Shown here: in pieces, positions 1 to 9,782 of the stretch | Layout: each line of letters begins with the position of its first letter | Numbering within the stretch: position 1 is the stretch's first letter | Assembly (NCBI GenBank): GCA_965225915.1 | Contig: OZ245326.1 | Coordinates: 3,393,439 to 3,457,438 of the forward strand | Length of the DNA stretch: 64,000 bases | From: a bacterium | Lineage (GTDB): Bacteria; JAAXHH01 | Direction of reading: 5' to 3' | Notes under the pieces: model-generated | Database searches by the model: none | Seen by the model: only the letters and a program-made list of their open reading frames with translations | What the model was told of the DNA's origin: nothing | Program-made: the position numbers and the translations under genes

Positions 1-1029
1 AGTGGAAATAGCAAATGAATGGTGGTCATCGCGCAGTGATCCAAAGACTAGACCCAGATGATGTATGGCTTGCGCAATACTACGAAAATCGAGATCAGGA
101 GCACTATAAAAGCACTGCAATAGGTCTCGAACTATGACAACATCTTCGCGTTCTTCCTTATCTTTGATTTGCTTAAAGTAACTTTCAATTCCTATTGTGT
201 TAAGCAATGAACTCACATACCTTTGGCGATCCGGTTCCGGTAGCCTGAAACTGACATCGAAGAATCGTCGCAAATACCCCTCAGCATCAAAACTGCTTCC
301 ATATAGTGCCTTTATCGAATGGGACAGTTCGGACCGATTGATCGCTAGTACAAATACAATATGGTTAACCGTAAAAAGGTGTTTAGCTATCTCGAGAAGT
401 TCTACAGCGTACGATGGCCGACATCTGTCTAACTCATCAATCAAGACGACTAATGGGCGAAAGTCGTGGGATTCAGTTACTGCTTTTGCTGTCTCTGATA
501 GTGCCTGTTTAAATTCAGTTACGGTTTCTTTACCTTTACCGTACGCAGCCAACTTTTCTTTGATGAACGTAGCAGAACCTTGAGTGACCTCTTTTTCAGT
601 ATTGGGATCAAAATTCAATAGCTCCGGCATTCCGAATCGCACTGCGATTGGAGTGACCCAGCGAATGAGATCGACAGTCGCGTCGACCATCTTGTTGATC
701 TGAGTTGTGTATGTATTGCCACCACACTTTCGAATACCCTCGTTAATCTCTGAAGATAGAGCAAGGAATGGATCCTTGGAGTAGTCAGTACTCCAAGCAT
801 TAAACTCGATAACAGCAAACCCCTTATTTCGAAGAAATTGCGCCCAAATCCTGATAAACGTAGTCTTCCCGGCTCCCCACATGGAGTCAATTGCCAAGAC
901 ACACGGTCCTTCTATAGAACCGATCAGGTGAGTGAGAACCTCAGTTGGTTCCTTCCTCTCAAGAAGATCGTTTTTAAATGGATCTTTTTCAGGAACTTCA
1001 ACTTCCAGTGGTTGAATACGTATTCCCAC
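1..1029 (-). CDS. KAP family P-loop NTPase (N-terminal ~340 aa; C-terminus runs off the window start)
   Basis: Manual minus-strand translation from a GTG at 1029..1027, preceded by AAGGAG 8 nt upstream, gives MGIRIQPLEVEVPEKDPFKNDLL...AIDSMWGAGKTTF (Walker A) ... PLVVLIDELDRCRP (Walker B, KAP-type DELDRC). It has no stop before position 1, so it is absent from the ORF track. GC is ~42% against ~60% for the rest of the window. Confidence 0.8.
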   Translation of the reverse strand, partial: MGIRIQPLEVEVPEKDPFKNDLLERKEPTEVLTHLIGSIEGPCVLAIDSMWGAGKTTFIRIWAQFLRNKGFAVIEFNAWSTDYSKDPFLALSSEINEGIRKCGGNTYTTQINKMVDATVDLIRWVTPIAVRFGMPELLNFDPNTEKEVTQGSATFIKEKLAAYGKGKETVTEFKQALSETAKAVTESHDFRPLVVLIDELDRCRPSYAVELLEIAKHLFTVNHIVFVLAINRSELSHSIKALYGSSFDAEGYLRRFFDVSFRLPEPDRQRYVSSLLNTIGIESYFKQIKDKEEREDVVIVRDLLQCFYSAPDLDFRSIAQAIHHLGLVFGSLRDDHHSFAIST

Positions 1030-1162
1030 AATGTGATTCTCCTTTAAATGGGAACTGTCGACTTCGTTTAGCACATAGGCGCTATTTGCTATTTACACAT
1101 TACGCCTCACCTTAATCATCAAAAACTGAGTTCCAGGTTTTGAGGACAAGTTCACACCAAAT

Positions 1163-2245
1163 CTACGCCCCAACTCTTGCCTCAAACGCCTCAATCTCAT
1201 CCTCACCTTCCAACACACCGATTTCCAGATGAAAGTCACGAACCTCATCTGGTTCGATGTGCTGCAGGTAACCGTTCTTGCGGTTCCACGCGCGGCCTAG
1301 CATGCTTACATTTCCGGGTTCGATGCCGGTGACGTAAGTTCCCCGGTGAAAATGCTGCCAGTGGGTGACGATCGGGATTTCCGCCTTGGGGAAGGACCAG
1401 TAAATCCCCAGGCCGAGTCGATCATTAATCAGGCCGACACGACACTGGCCGCCGGCATCGGCGCGTGGCCGGTGGATGTATACGTCGTCATGGGCTTCGT
1501 CACCGGGCGCCGGGGCGGTGGCATAGACGTCAGGACCGACCTCCCTGTCTTCGAGCCATTCTGTAGTCTTTTCACTGTCGATAACCACCCGTGTGCCCTC
1601 GTCGAGGACGGGGAAACCGGGGTTGCAGTGATAGACGAACATCAACGGGGAGCGATCGACCGATTGGTTGTGTATCCGGTCGTGGATATGCAGCGATTTC
1701 TCTCCGAGGACCGTCGAGATCTCCCGGGTCAGTTCCAGGTTGGTGCCGAAGACGACAGCTTCCCTGACTTTCCCGCGCACCTTGACGATGTAATCGTCTC
1801 CGTCCCACTGGCCATCGGTATGAACCTGTCGGGCGGGAAGGAAGGAAAGGCGACCGTGTAGCCCCAGTTCCTCGTTTTCCTCTTCCGGATCGGTTTCTGG
1901 ATGGCCCGTGAAGGTCATCCCGCAACTCAGCACCAGGCCTCCGAAGAACCCGCGCATCCAGCCATATCCCTGCGGTTCGTAGAACGCCGGTCCAACGTCG
2001 CCTGTACTGCCGCGAAAACAGAGCGACATGCCCTTGTAGTGGGCCGAGGCCACGTCCAGCGCCCGGCCCGGCAACAGGGAAAAGCACAGTCCCGATGCGT
2101 TGAACACTTCGATGAGGTCCGCTCCTCGATCGGTACCCTCGCGGAGTTCGCCATGTCTTGCATGGGCTACCTGGCTCATGTCGCCCACGAGGTCGAGCAG
2201 TTCTCTACGGGTATACTCTTTTCCAAATATACGCGCCATATTCAC
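1163..2245 (-). CDS. DUF4432 / galactose-mutarotase-like (aldose 1-epimerase superfamily) protein
   Basis: 360-aa ORF. Sequence resembles the DUF4432 / aldose-epimerase-like fold (FYEPQGYGWMRGFFGG, NVSMLGRAWNRKNG). It ends with TAG. Confidence 0.45.
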   Translation of the reverse strand: MNMARIFGKEYTRRELLDLVGDMSQVAHARHGELREGTDRGADLIEVFNASGLCFSLLPGRALDVASAHYKGMSLCFRGSTGDVGPAFYEPQGYGWMRGFFGGLVLSCGMTFTGHPETDPEEENEELGLHGRLSFLPARQVHTDGQWDGDDYIVKVRGKVREAVVFGTNLELTREISTVLGEKSLHIHDRIHNQSVDRSPLMFVYHCNPGFPVLDEGTRVVIDSEKTTEWLEDREVGPDVYATAPAPGDEAHDDVYIHRPRADAGGQCRVGLINDRLGLGIYWSFPKAEIPIVTHWQHFHRGTYVTGIEPGNVSMLGRAWNRKNGYLQHIEPDEVRDFHLEIGVLEGEDEIEAFEARVGA

Positions 2246-2334
2246 CTTCCTGTATGGTCATTGTACCGCTTAAGACTGCAATTCGGTCATAAACATGGAC
2301 CGAACCTATTTTGTTTAAATTGATCGTCTCTCAG

Positions 2335-4011
2335 TCACTTCTTCTGGATCTTCGCCCACGAATCGCGCAGGGCGATGGTCCGATTGAACACGGGGCCGTT
2401 AGATTGGGATTCTACGGCATCGATGCAGAAGTATCCCAGCCGCTCGAACTGGTAGTTCACTCCGGGAACCGCGTCCGCCAGTCCGGGTTCAACCTTGCAT
2501 TCCGTAACGGTACGTAACGAGTCGGGATTGAGTAAGGATCGTTCATCGTCCACTTCACCCGGACGGGGATCCGGATCGCTGAACAGCCGGTCGTACAGGC
2601 GCACGGTGGCGTCAAGGGCGTGGGCGGCCGATACCCAGTGAATAGTGCCGCGTACCTTTCTTCCGTCGGGCGTACTCCCGCCCCGGGATTCCGGATCGTA
2701 GGTGCAGTGCAGTTCGACAACATTTTCCTGGTTGTCTTTGATTACGTCCGTACAGGTGATGAAGTACCCGTAGCGCAGCCTTACTTCCCGTCCCGGGGCG
2801 AGCCGGAAGAACTTCCGGGGCGGGTCTTCCATGAAATCGTTCCGCTCAATATAGATTTCCCGCGAGAAAGGGACTTCCCGCGTCCCCATCTCCTCGTCCT
2901 CCGGGTTGTTCACGGCTTCCATGTACTCGGTTTGGCCGGTGGGGTAATTGGTGATCACGACCTTCAAGGGATCCAGGACGCCCATGACCCGGGGCGCGCG
3001 CTTGTTCAAGTCTTCCCGGATAATGAAATCCGACAGGGCCATGTCTATGAGATTGTGGTTCTTGGCCACGCCGACGCGGTCGCAGAGGGTTCGTATCGAC
3101 TCGGGAGTATATCCACGTCGCCGCAGGCCGGAAAGTGTGGGCATGCGGGGATCGTCCCACCCGGATAGTACGCCTTCCTCGATCAGAGGCCGGTAGAAGC
3201 GCTTGGACAGCACCGTGTGTGCGAGGACCAGAGGCGCGAACTCGATCTGCTGGGGGTGGTAGACGTCCAGGCGGTCCAGGATCCAGTCGTACAGCGGCCT
3301 GTTGTTCTCGAATTCCAGGGTGCACAACGAATGGGTGATGCCCTCAATGGAATCCGACAGGCAGTGGGTGAAATCGTACATGGGATATACCCGCCATTTG
3401 TCCCCCGTACGGTAGTGATGGGCATGGCGGATCCGGTAGAGCACGGGATCGCGCATCGTCAGGTTGGGATGGGCCATGTCGATCCTGGCCCGGAGTACGT
3501 GCGAACCGTCCGGAAACTCCCCGGCCTGCATGCGTTCGAAGAAGTCTCTGCTCTCATCGGCTGGTCGGTCGCGGTACGGACTGTTTCGGCCCGGTTCCGT
3601 GGGCGTGCCGCGGTAGTCCCGCATTTCGTCCCAGGTCAAGCTGTCGACGTAGGCGTCGCCCTGTTCAATGAGTTGAAGCGCGTAACTGTACAGTTGATCG
3701 TAGTAATCGGAGGCGAAGTAGAGCCGGTCTTCCCAGTCGAACCCCAGCCACTTGATGTCCCGCTTGATCCCTTCGACATAGTCCGCGTCTTCTTTCTCGG
3801 GATTCGAGTCATCGAACCGGAGGTTGCACAGGCCGCCGTACTCCTCGGCAACGCCGAAATTAAGGCATATCGACTTCGCGTGGCCGATGTGGAGGTAGCC
3901 GTTCGGTTCCGGGGGAAAACGGGTCATCACTTTACCCCCGAACTTGCCGCTTTCCATGTCCGCGTCGATGATTTCGCGTATGAAATCCCTATACTGCTTT
4001 TCTGTGCTCAT
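2335..4011 (-). CDS. glnS: glutaminyl-tRNA synthetase
   Basis: 558 aa. HIGH motif ([13 protein letters not shown]), KMSKS-like VLSKR, and the GlnRS anticodon-binding C-terminus. Confidence 0.95.
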   Translation of the reverse strand: MSTEKQYRDFIREIIDADMESGKFGGKVMTRFPPEPNGYLHIGHAKSICLNFGVAEEYGGLCNLRFDDSNPEKEDADYVEGIKRDIKWLGFDWEDRLYFASDYYDQLYSYALQLIEQGDAYVDSLTWDEMRDYRGTPTEPGRNSPYRDRPADESRDFFERMQAGEFPDGSHVLRARIDMAHPNLTMRDPVLYRIRHAHHYRTGDKWRVYPMYDFTHCLSDSIEGITHSLCTLEFENNRPLYDWILDRLDVYHPQQIEFAPLVLAHTVLSKRFYRPLIEEGVLSGWDDPRMPTLSGLRRRGYTPESIRTLCDRVGVAKNHNLIDMALSDFIIREDLNKRAPRVMGVLDPLKVVITNYPTGQTEYMEAVNNPEDEEMGTREVPFSREIYIERNDFMEDPPRKFFRLAPGREVRLRYGYFITCTDVIKDNQENVVELHCTYDPESRGGSTPDGRKVRGTIHWVSAAHALDATVRLYDRLFSDPDPRPGEVDDERSLLNPDSLRTVTECKVEPGLADAVPGVNYQFERLGYFCIDAVESQSNGPVFNRTIALRDSWAKIQKK

Positions 4012-4182
4012 AATTTCCTGTTCAGGCTATTTTTCGGAGCAGGTCAAGATCGGATAATATACGAATAAAAGTGCAAAGACGCAAAAGGAGTCTTATATCA
4101 GGTCAACTTTAATATAGCCGCGAATCCCGTCCATATTAAATCCTGCATTTAATAGTGGAGCGGTTCTACTTAGTCCGGTTAG

Positions 4183-5343
4183 TCAGAACCCAACATCGCA
4201 TGCGTGTTCAAGCCCAACCGCTTGCACGCGATCATGAATACGAAATCGCGATTCGCCGGGGAATACGACGATGAGGCGGTCGAGTTTCAGGTCGTTCAAC
4301 GCCGTGTGCATAGAACGTGTCATTGAAGGCGCACTGGATCGTTTGAATTCGAACCCTGTTCTTCGACCGCCTTCCATGATCAGGAGGTCGAGTTCAGATC
4401 CACGATGTGTAGCCCAGAAATAACAGTCTTCCCACGCAGTGCCTGTAATACGGACCACCTCCTGCATGGCGAAACTCTCCCACGACGCTCCGGATTTCGG
4501 ATGTCCCATGAGATCTGCCTCGTCTTTCACACCCAGCAGTGCGTGCAACAGCCCGGGGTCCGATAGATAAACCTTGGGTGCTTTGACCTGCCGTTTCTTC
4601 AGATTCTCGTACCAGGGCTGCATTCTGCGCGCTACCAGTGCGCCGACAAGGGTGTCGAAATATGTATTTATCGTTGGTGCGGTGACACCAAGTGCACGGC
4701 CGAGTTCGGCTCCGTTCCAGTGGTTTCCGTGGTAGTGGGCCAACATAGTCCAAAATCGACGCATGGAAGCGGCAGGAACAGATACCCCGAGTTGAGGTAG
4801 ATCCCTTTCTAAGAACGTTCGAATGAACGCCGACCGCCAGGTAAGGCTGTCCTCATCGTTCCTGGCGAGGAACGAAGGTGGGAATCCGCCGCGCAGCCAA
4901 AGTCGGTCCGATTCGGCGGTATCTGTTTCGTTCATCCGTAGAGGCGGAAGTTCATAATATGCGATCCTTCCGGCGAGCGATTCCGATGATTGTCGCAGAA
5001 GGACAGGTCCCGCACTGCCCAGGACCAAAAAACGGGCCGGGGTACCGGGACGGTCCGAGAGCACGCGTAGTAGTCTGAAAATTCCTTCATTCCGCTGAAC
5101 CTCATCAATAACAACCAACCCGCGGAGCGGTTCCAATGCGAGCTTGGGATCGGATAGTCGTGTCTCGTCGGTTGGGTCTTCAAGATCGAAAAAGGTAACA
5201 GAAGGTTCGACATCCTCGATCAATTGGCGTGCAAGCGTAGTTTTGCCAACCTGCCGTGCACCTATGAGACAGACCACGGGAAACTGGTTTAACAGTTTGC
5301 CAATTGCGTTGAGATGTTGGGTACGCGGGATCATACTAGACAA
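4183..5343 (-). CDS. AAA-family ATP-binding protein (AAA_14 + DUF4143)
   Basis: Walker A LIGARQVGKTTLARQL. The C-terminal region is typical of DUF4143 ATPases. Confidence 0.8.
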   Translation of the reverse strand: MSSMIPRTQHLNAIGKLLNQFPVVCLIGARQVGKTTLARQLIEDVEPSVTFFDLEDPTDETRLSDPKLALEPLRGLVVIDEVQRNEGIFRLLRVLSDRPGTPARFLVLGSAGPVLLRQSSESLAGRIAYYELPPLRMNETDTAESDRLWLRGGFPPSFLARNDEDSLTWRSAFIRTFLERDLPQLGVSVPAASMRRFWTMLAHYHGNHWNGAELGRALGVTAPTINTYFDTLVGALVARRMQPWYENLKKRQVKAPKVYLSDPGLLHALLGVKDEADLMGHPKSGASWESFAMQEVVRITGTAWEDCYFWATHRGSELDLLIMEGGRRTGFEFKRSSAPSMTRSMHTALNDLKLDRLIVVFPGESRFRIHDRVQAVGLEHACDVGF

Positions 5344-5378
5344 TATAGGTGAAAATCGAAAGCGTCGCTATTGATTTT

Positions 5379-6212
5379 CTACATTGTCCTCGCCCACGCA
5401 GCGAAATGCGGCGGGATGATCACGGGCCGTTTGGCCGCGACGATTTCTGCCCGGACTCGCTGCGGAATGGTATCCACATCCACTTCCTCCGCGGTTGCAA
5501 TCTCATATTGCTCCAGGAGCGGTACAACGCTTCGGAATGAATTAGCGACATAGGAATAACCCGGCCAGTCGGCGGATCCGCCCAGCAGTAAACCGGCGTC
5601 GAGGGTGGGCTCGGGAAGACCGGCCTCCATAAAGACTCTGTGCAGATCCAGTCCCATGGTTGCGTTTGCCCCGGACCGCTCGAATACTTCTACGATCCAG
5701 TCGCTCTATTGGCCCATGAGCGGCGTATCAGGATTATGATACGAGCGGGTAATGGTAAAGTCGATCTCCTGAAAGCAAACGATACCCCCGTAATGCAGGC
5801 GCTTCAGCAGCTGTTTCAAGACCGATATCGGATCGGGCAGGTACATGAGCACCAGGCGGCCCACCAGTGCGTCGAAACGTCCCCCCAGGTCCAGGGTCTG
5901 TGCGTCTCCCTCGATGAATTTCACGTTTTCATGACCCGCTTCTCGAACCCGCTCTCGGGCTGTATCTAGGATATCCGGATTCGTGTCCACCCCCACAACT
6001 TCCCCATCCGGTCCGACCAATTCAGCTGCGACCAATGACACGTCTCCCGCTCCGCTTCCGATATCCAGGACCCTCATTCCGGCATCGATGCCGGCCGATT
6101 TCAGAAATCGTCGCGTCAGTGGCTGGATCAGTCGCGACTGCTCGATCAACCGTTGCGTCTCTTCGTCGCTTCTCCCCATCGTGTATTGTCGATCGCTATT
6201 TTGATCCGCCAT
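5379..6212 (-). pseudogene. class I SAM-dependent methyltransferase interrupted by a single in-frame TAG (5705..5703)
   Basis: The N-terminal ORF (5706..6212) has MTase motif I VLDIGSGAGDV and ends ...PLMGQ*. After 16 more in-frame codons the same frame continues as ORF 5379..5657 (MGLDLHRVFMEAGL...), which reads as the normal C-terminus of this family. The interruption is one in-frame stop; there is no frameshift. Confidence 0.55.
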
Positions 6213-6389
6213 AACCCGTTCCTTCTCCTTTCGACGATACCATGAACTTGTTGTCTACACCTTACACAGCACACAGCATTACACATCATTCAACCTCTTG
6301 CAGTTCCACCAGTTGCCTGAGATACTATACGCGCAACGATTTTGCCATATGTAGAGTTTACTATAAGCAGAAAGCGACAACTTTCACCC

Positions 6390-7223
6390 TCACTCCTTGA
6401 CCGCCCCGAGCGTAATCCCCTGCACGAATTCCTTCTGCATCACGAGGAAGAGGACCATGATGGGCAGAATGGACAGCAGGGTGCCGGCCATGAGCATGCC
6501 GTATTCCTGTCGGTAAACGCCAACGAGGCTGGCCAGACCGAGCGGAAGTGTGTACTTGTCGGCGTCCCGCAGTACGATCATGGGCCAGAGAAACTCATTC
6601 CAGGCCCCGAGAAAACCGAAGATGCTTAAGGCCCCCATGGCGGGTTTCACGGTAGGAAGGATCACGCGCCAGTAGATGCCGAATTCGGATGAACCGTCGA
6701 TTCTGGCCGCGTCGACCAGGTCGGTGGGAATACCAAGGATGAACTGCCGCATGAGAAACACGCCGAATCCGCTGGAAGCCAGGTAGGGAAGGATCACGCC
6801 CTGGTAGGTGTCCAGCCATCCGAATTTGTACAGCAGGGTGAACAGCGGGACCAGCACCAGGTGAAAGGGGATCATCATCGAGCCAAGGACGATGGCGAAA
6901 AGGACGCCGCGCCCGCGAAAGGAGTACTTGGCGAAGGCGAAACCGCCCATGGTGGCGATAGCGAGGAGAAGCAGCGTGTGGGAAGTGGCCACGAAGGTGC
7001 TGTTTATGATGTACTGGACGATCGGCATTTCTTCGAACAACCGGGTGAAATTCTCGAGCGTCGGATCCTGGGGCAGGAAGGTGGGCGGATAAGAAAAGAT
7101 CTCGCCGGACGGCTTGAATGAAGCGGAGACCACCCAGAATAGCGGCGTGAGGACCAGCAGGGCGAGGAAGACCAGGAGGATGTATGTCAGCACAGTTCGA
7201 AAGGGAAATCTCATAACACTCAA
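6390..7223 (-). CDS. carbohydrate ABC transporter permease (MalG-like)
   Basis: 277 aa, multi-TM, with the EAA-loop region IDGSSEFGIYWRVILP. It overlaps the upstream permease by 4 nt. Confidence 0.9.
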   Translation of the reverse strand: MSVMRFPFRTVLTYILLVFLALLVLTPLFWVVSASFKPSGEIFSYPPTFLPQDPTLENFTRLFEEMPIVQYIINSTFVATSHTLLLLAIATMGGFAFAKYSFRGRGVLFAIVLGSMMIPFHLVLVPLFTLLYKFGWLDTYQGVILPYLASSGFGVFLMRQFILGIPTDLVDAARIDGSSEFGIYWRVILPTVKPAMGALSIFGFLGAWNEFLWPMIVLRDADKYTLPLGLASLVGVYRQEYGMLMAGTLLSILPIMVLFLVMQKEFVQGITLGAVKE

Positions 7224-8071
7224 TTCTCCCTGAACACGCCAAAAAACCGGACCTGGATAATAGAAATCACGCCGATGATCACGGCCAGTGCCCAGCCGAT
7301 CGTCGCCGCGTATCCTAGATTGATGAACTCGAAGCCGTGCTTGTACAGGTACATCACCATCGTGATGCTCGCGTTGCCCGGGCCGCCCTCGGTAAGCACG
7401 TAGGGCAGGTCGAAGAGTTGGAACGAGCCTATCATGGATGTGATCACCACGAAGGCGATCACCGGCTTGAGGGCCGGGATCGTCACGTGTATGAAAGTCT
7501 GCCAGGTACCGGCCCCGTCGACTGCCGCCGCCTCGTAAAGCTCACGTCGTATACTCTGAAGCCCCGCCAGGAAATAGACCATGTTGAACCCCGCCCACCG
7601 CCATACACCCGCCAGTATCAGCGCGGGCATGACCAGGTCCGGGTCCTGAAGCCATTGGATCTCTGAACCCAGGACCATGTTGACCAGGCCGTAACGCCTG
7701 TCGTACAGCAGGTAGAATATCACGGCGATGAATACGCCCGATATGAGGACGGGAGCGAAGAAGGAAAGGCGGAACAGGTTTCTTCCCTTCAGGCGGGCGT
7801 TACTGAGTAGCAACGCGAGGGCCAGGGCTACGGGCAGCTGCAGCAGAAGGCTGCCCAGGGCGAAATAGGCCGTGTTCCAGAGTGCGGTCCAAAAAACGGG
7901 GTCGGCGATCAGGCGATCGATGTTAGCCAGCCCTACGAAAGTCTCATTCCGCATGCCCCGGACGCTGTACATACTGAGCCGGATCGAATCGAACAGGGGA
8001 TAGACCATGAATACCCCGAAGAGGGCAAAAAATGGGGCGAGAAACGCGTAGGGCGCGTACCTGGGTTTCAT
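7220..8071 (-). CDS. carbohydrate ABC transporter permease (MalF-like)
   Basis: 283 aa, 6 TM, with the EAA motif AAAVDGAGTWQTFIHVTIPALKP. Confidence 0.9.
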   Translation of the reverse strand: MKPRYAPYAFLAPFFALFGVFMVYPLFDSIRLSMYSVRGMRNETFVGLANIDRLIADPVFWTALWNTAYFALGSLLLQLPVALALALLLSNARLKGRNLFRLSFFAPVLISGVFIAVIFYLLYDRRYGLVNMVLGSEIQWLQDPDLVMPALILAGVWRWAGFNMVYFLAGLQSIRRELYEAAAVDGAGTWQTFIHVTIPALKPVIAFVVITSMIGSFQLFDLPYVLTEGGPGNASITMVMYLYKHGFEFINLGYAATIGWALAVIIGVISIIQVRFFGVFREN

Positions 8072-8141
8072 GGTTAGCGTGGCCGAAGTTGATGGGTGGC
8101 GCTAAGAGTTTATGTTGTTCAGACGTGATTCAGCTTCGACG

Positions 8142-9488
8142 TTACTCTATTTCGACGGATTCCTGGTCAATCCGCCGGATATTGACAGATGAAGCTTCTT
8201 CCATCATTGCACGAATCTGGTCTGCCAGGTTCGACAACGCCTCGGCGGGCGTTCGTATGCCCTGCGCCGCTTCGTGCACGGTTTGCCGCAACAGGTCCGA
8301 GCCTTCTGCCCAGTAAGGATTCAGGTAGAATGCCGGAATGTCGTCGCCCAGGTCTGTCAGGGTTTTTCCCAGGACCTGGCCGCCCAGGTAGGGATCCGCC
8401 TCGGCGAACACCGGGTTGGACCACGCCGATCGTATCGGTGGAATGATGGTGGTTTTGCGGTACCTGTTAGCAAGCGCTTCGTCATCCATGTATGCGAATC
8501 GGACAAAGGACCAGGCGAGGTCCGGGTTCTTGCTTTGCTTCGTAATCCCGATCATCGTTCCACCCCAGGTTGAAGTTCGGCGTTCACCTTCCCTCCATGC
8601 GGGCAGGGGCATGGCCCGCCATTTCCCGGCCAGTTCGGGGATGAATCTCTTTACCGATCCGATGTACCAATCCGGCGCAAGTATGCCCAGCACGATGCCT
8701 TCTTTCATGGCGGCGAAATTGGCCGGGTCCTGGGAGAATTCGGGAATGGCCAGGCGCTCTTCGTTGAGCAGCCTGCAGTAGAACTCCAGCGTGGATACGG
8801 CGATTTCGTTGTCGATGATGACCCCGCCGTCCTTATCGAACATCCCACCGCCGTTCTGCAGGAGCATCAGCCAGAAATGACCGGGCTTGTGCGCCCTCAA
8901 CATGAGAGGATACCTGTCCGGCCTCCCGTCGCCGTCGTCATCCCGGGCGAGTTTCCGTCCAGCAACGATGAAGTCGTCCCAGGTGTGTATGGATTCCGGG
9001 TCAATGCCCGCTTCTTCGTACGCGTCGTGACGGTAGAGCAGCACGACGGGATGGACATCGTGAGGAAGACCGTAGACCCGTCCATCGAGGGACCAGGGCG
9101 CCAGTCGGGCCTGGACGAATTCATCCATAAGCCCATCGGCTTCGACGCGATCGGTCAGGTCAACCAGACCGATTTCCTCCCGGCTGCCCTTGAAGAACCG
9201 GCCTACCGATGATATTTCCACTTCGGTGATATCCGGAGCACCAATACCCGACAGGAATGCCGCGAGCAACTTGTCGTGAATTTTCGAGATCAGTCGCAGG
9301 TCGACCTTGACCCCCGGATTGGCGGCCTCGAAAGCAGGAATTCTCGCGCTGTATTCATCATAGTGGATCTGATGGAAGACCCAGTATTCCAGTGTGTTCG
9401 AACGGTCATCACCGCGGAACACGATTACGGGGCAGGCCAGGAGGAATAGCAGGGCGAATATCAGTGGACCCTTGCCGAAATGATTCAT
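8142..9488 (-). CDS. ABC transporter extracellular solute-binding protein (family 1, sugar-type)
   Basis: 448 aa with an N-terminal signal peptide. It sits directly upstream of the two permeases on the same strand. Confidence 0.85.
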   Translation of the reverse strand: MNHFGKGPLIFALLFLLACPVIVFRGDDRSNTLEYWVFHQIHYDEYSARIPAFEAANPGVKVDLRLISKIHDKLLAAFLSGIGAPDITEVEISSVGRFFKGSREEIGLVDLTDRVEADGLMDEFVQARLAPWSLDGRVYGLPHDVHPVVLLYRHDAYEEAGIDPESIHTWDDFIVAGRKLARDDDGDGRPDRYPLMLRAHKPGHFWLMLLQNGGGMFDKDGGVIIDNEIAVSTLEFYCRLLNEERLAIPEFSQDPANFAAMKEGIVLGILAPDWYIGSVKRFIPELAGKWRAMPLPAWREGERRTSTWGGTMIGITKQSKNPDLAWSFVRFAYMDDEALANRYRKTTIIPPIRSAWSNPVFAEADPYLGGQVLGKTLTDLGDDIPAFYLNPYWAEGSDLLRQTVHEAAQGIRTPAEALSNLADQIRAMMEEASSVNIRRIDQESVEIE

Positions 9489-9548
9489 TTTCTATGCTCG
9501 TTTACGGTTTGCGGATAATATACGCAAGTCATAATTTTGCACCGGCAT

Positions 9549-9704
9549 CTAATCCGTTAAAATCGATATGAACTCCTGGATACGGAGCTCAACGCGCTGT
9601 TGAGGTGTCAACTTATTTTCGAGGATGTTGTTGGGGCGTTGTAGGAATGCATAAGTCATCAGAATCAGGCAGACTATAACCACTAACCTAAATAAGGTCT
9701 TCAT
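9549..9704 (-). CDS. small hydrophobic peptide (51 aa, single predicted TM/signal-anchor), unannotated in ORF track
   Basis: Manual translation: AAGGAG, then 8 nt, then ATG at 9704. It encodes MKTLFRLVVIVCLILMTYAFLQRPNNILENKLTPQQRVELRIQEFISILTD*. It lies in an AT-rich gap between the Na+:solute symporter and the solute-binding gene, on the same strand. Confidence 0.35.
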   Translation of the reverse strand: MKTLFRLVVIVCLILMTYAFLQRPNNILENKLTPQQRVELRIQEFISILTD

Positions 9705-9782
9705 GATGTTCACTCCTTATCGCACCAAATCCTCGGCTCGATTACAATCTCGCATTCCAGCGCTTAGGCCAAACGCCACGGA

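Noticed and set aside
197-902. ORFs 197..583 (+) and 615..902 (-) at the window start.
   Set aside because: These are alternative frames or strands of the KAP NTPase gene. The frame with the Walker A/B motifs is open all the way to position 1.
5703-5705. Possible TAG (amber) reassignment or pyrrolysine-type recoding, suggested by in-frame TAGs in the methyltransferase and at the end of the permease-SPFH gene.
   Set aside because: TAG clearly terminates the DUF4432 gene (1163..1165) and the methyltransferase itself (5379..5381) with no sensible continuation. The 157 nt after the SPFH TAG (46206..46208) do not continue the SPFH domain. A single nonsense mutation or error is more parsimonious.
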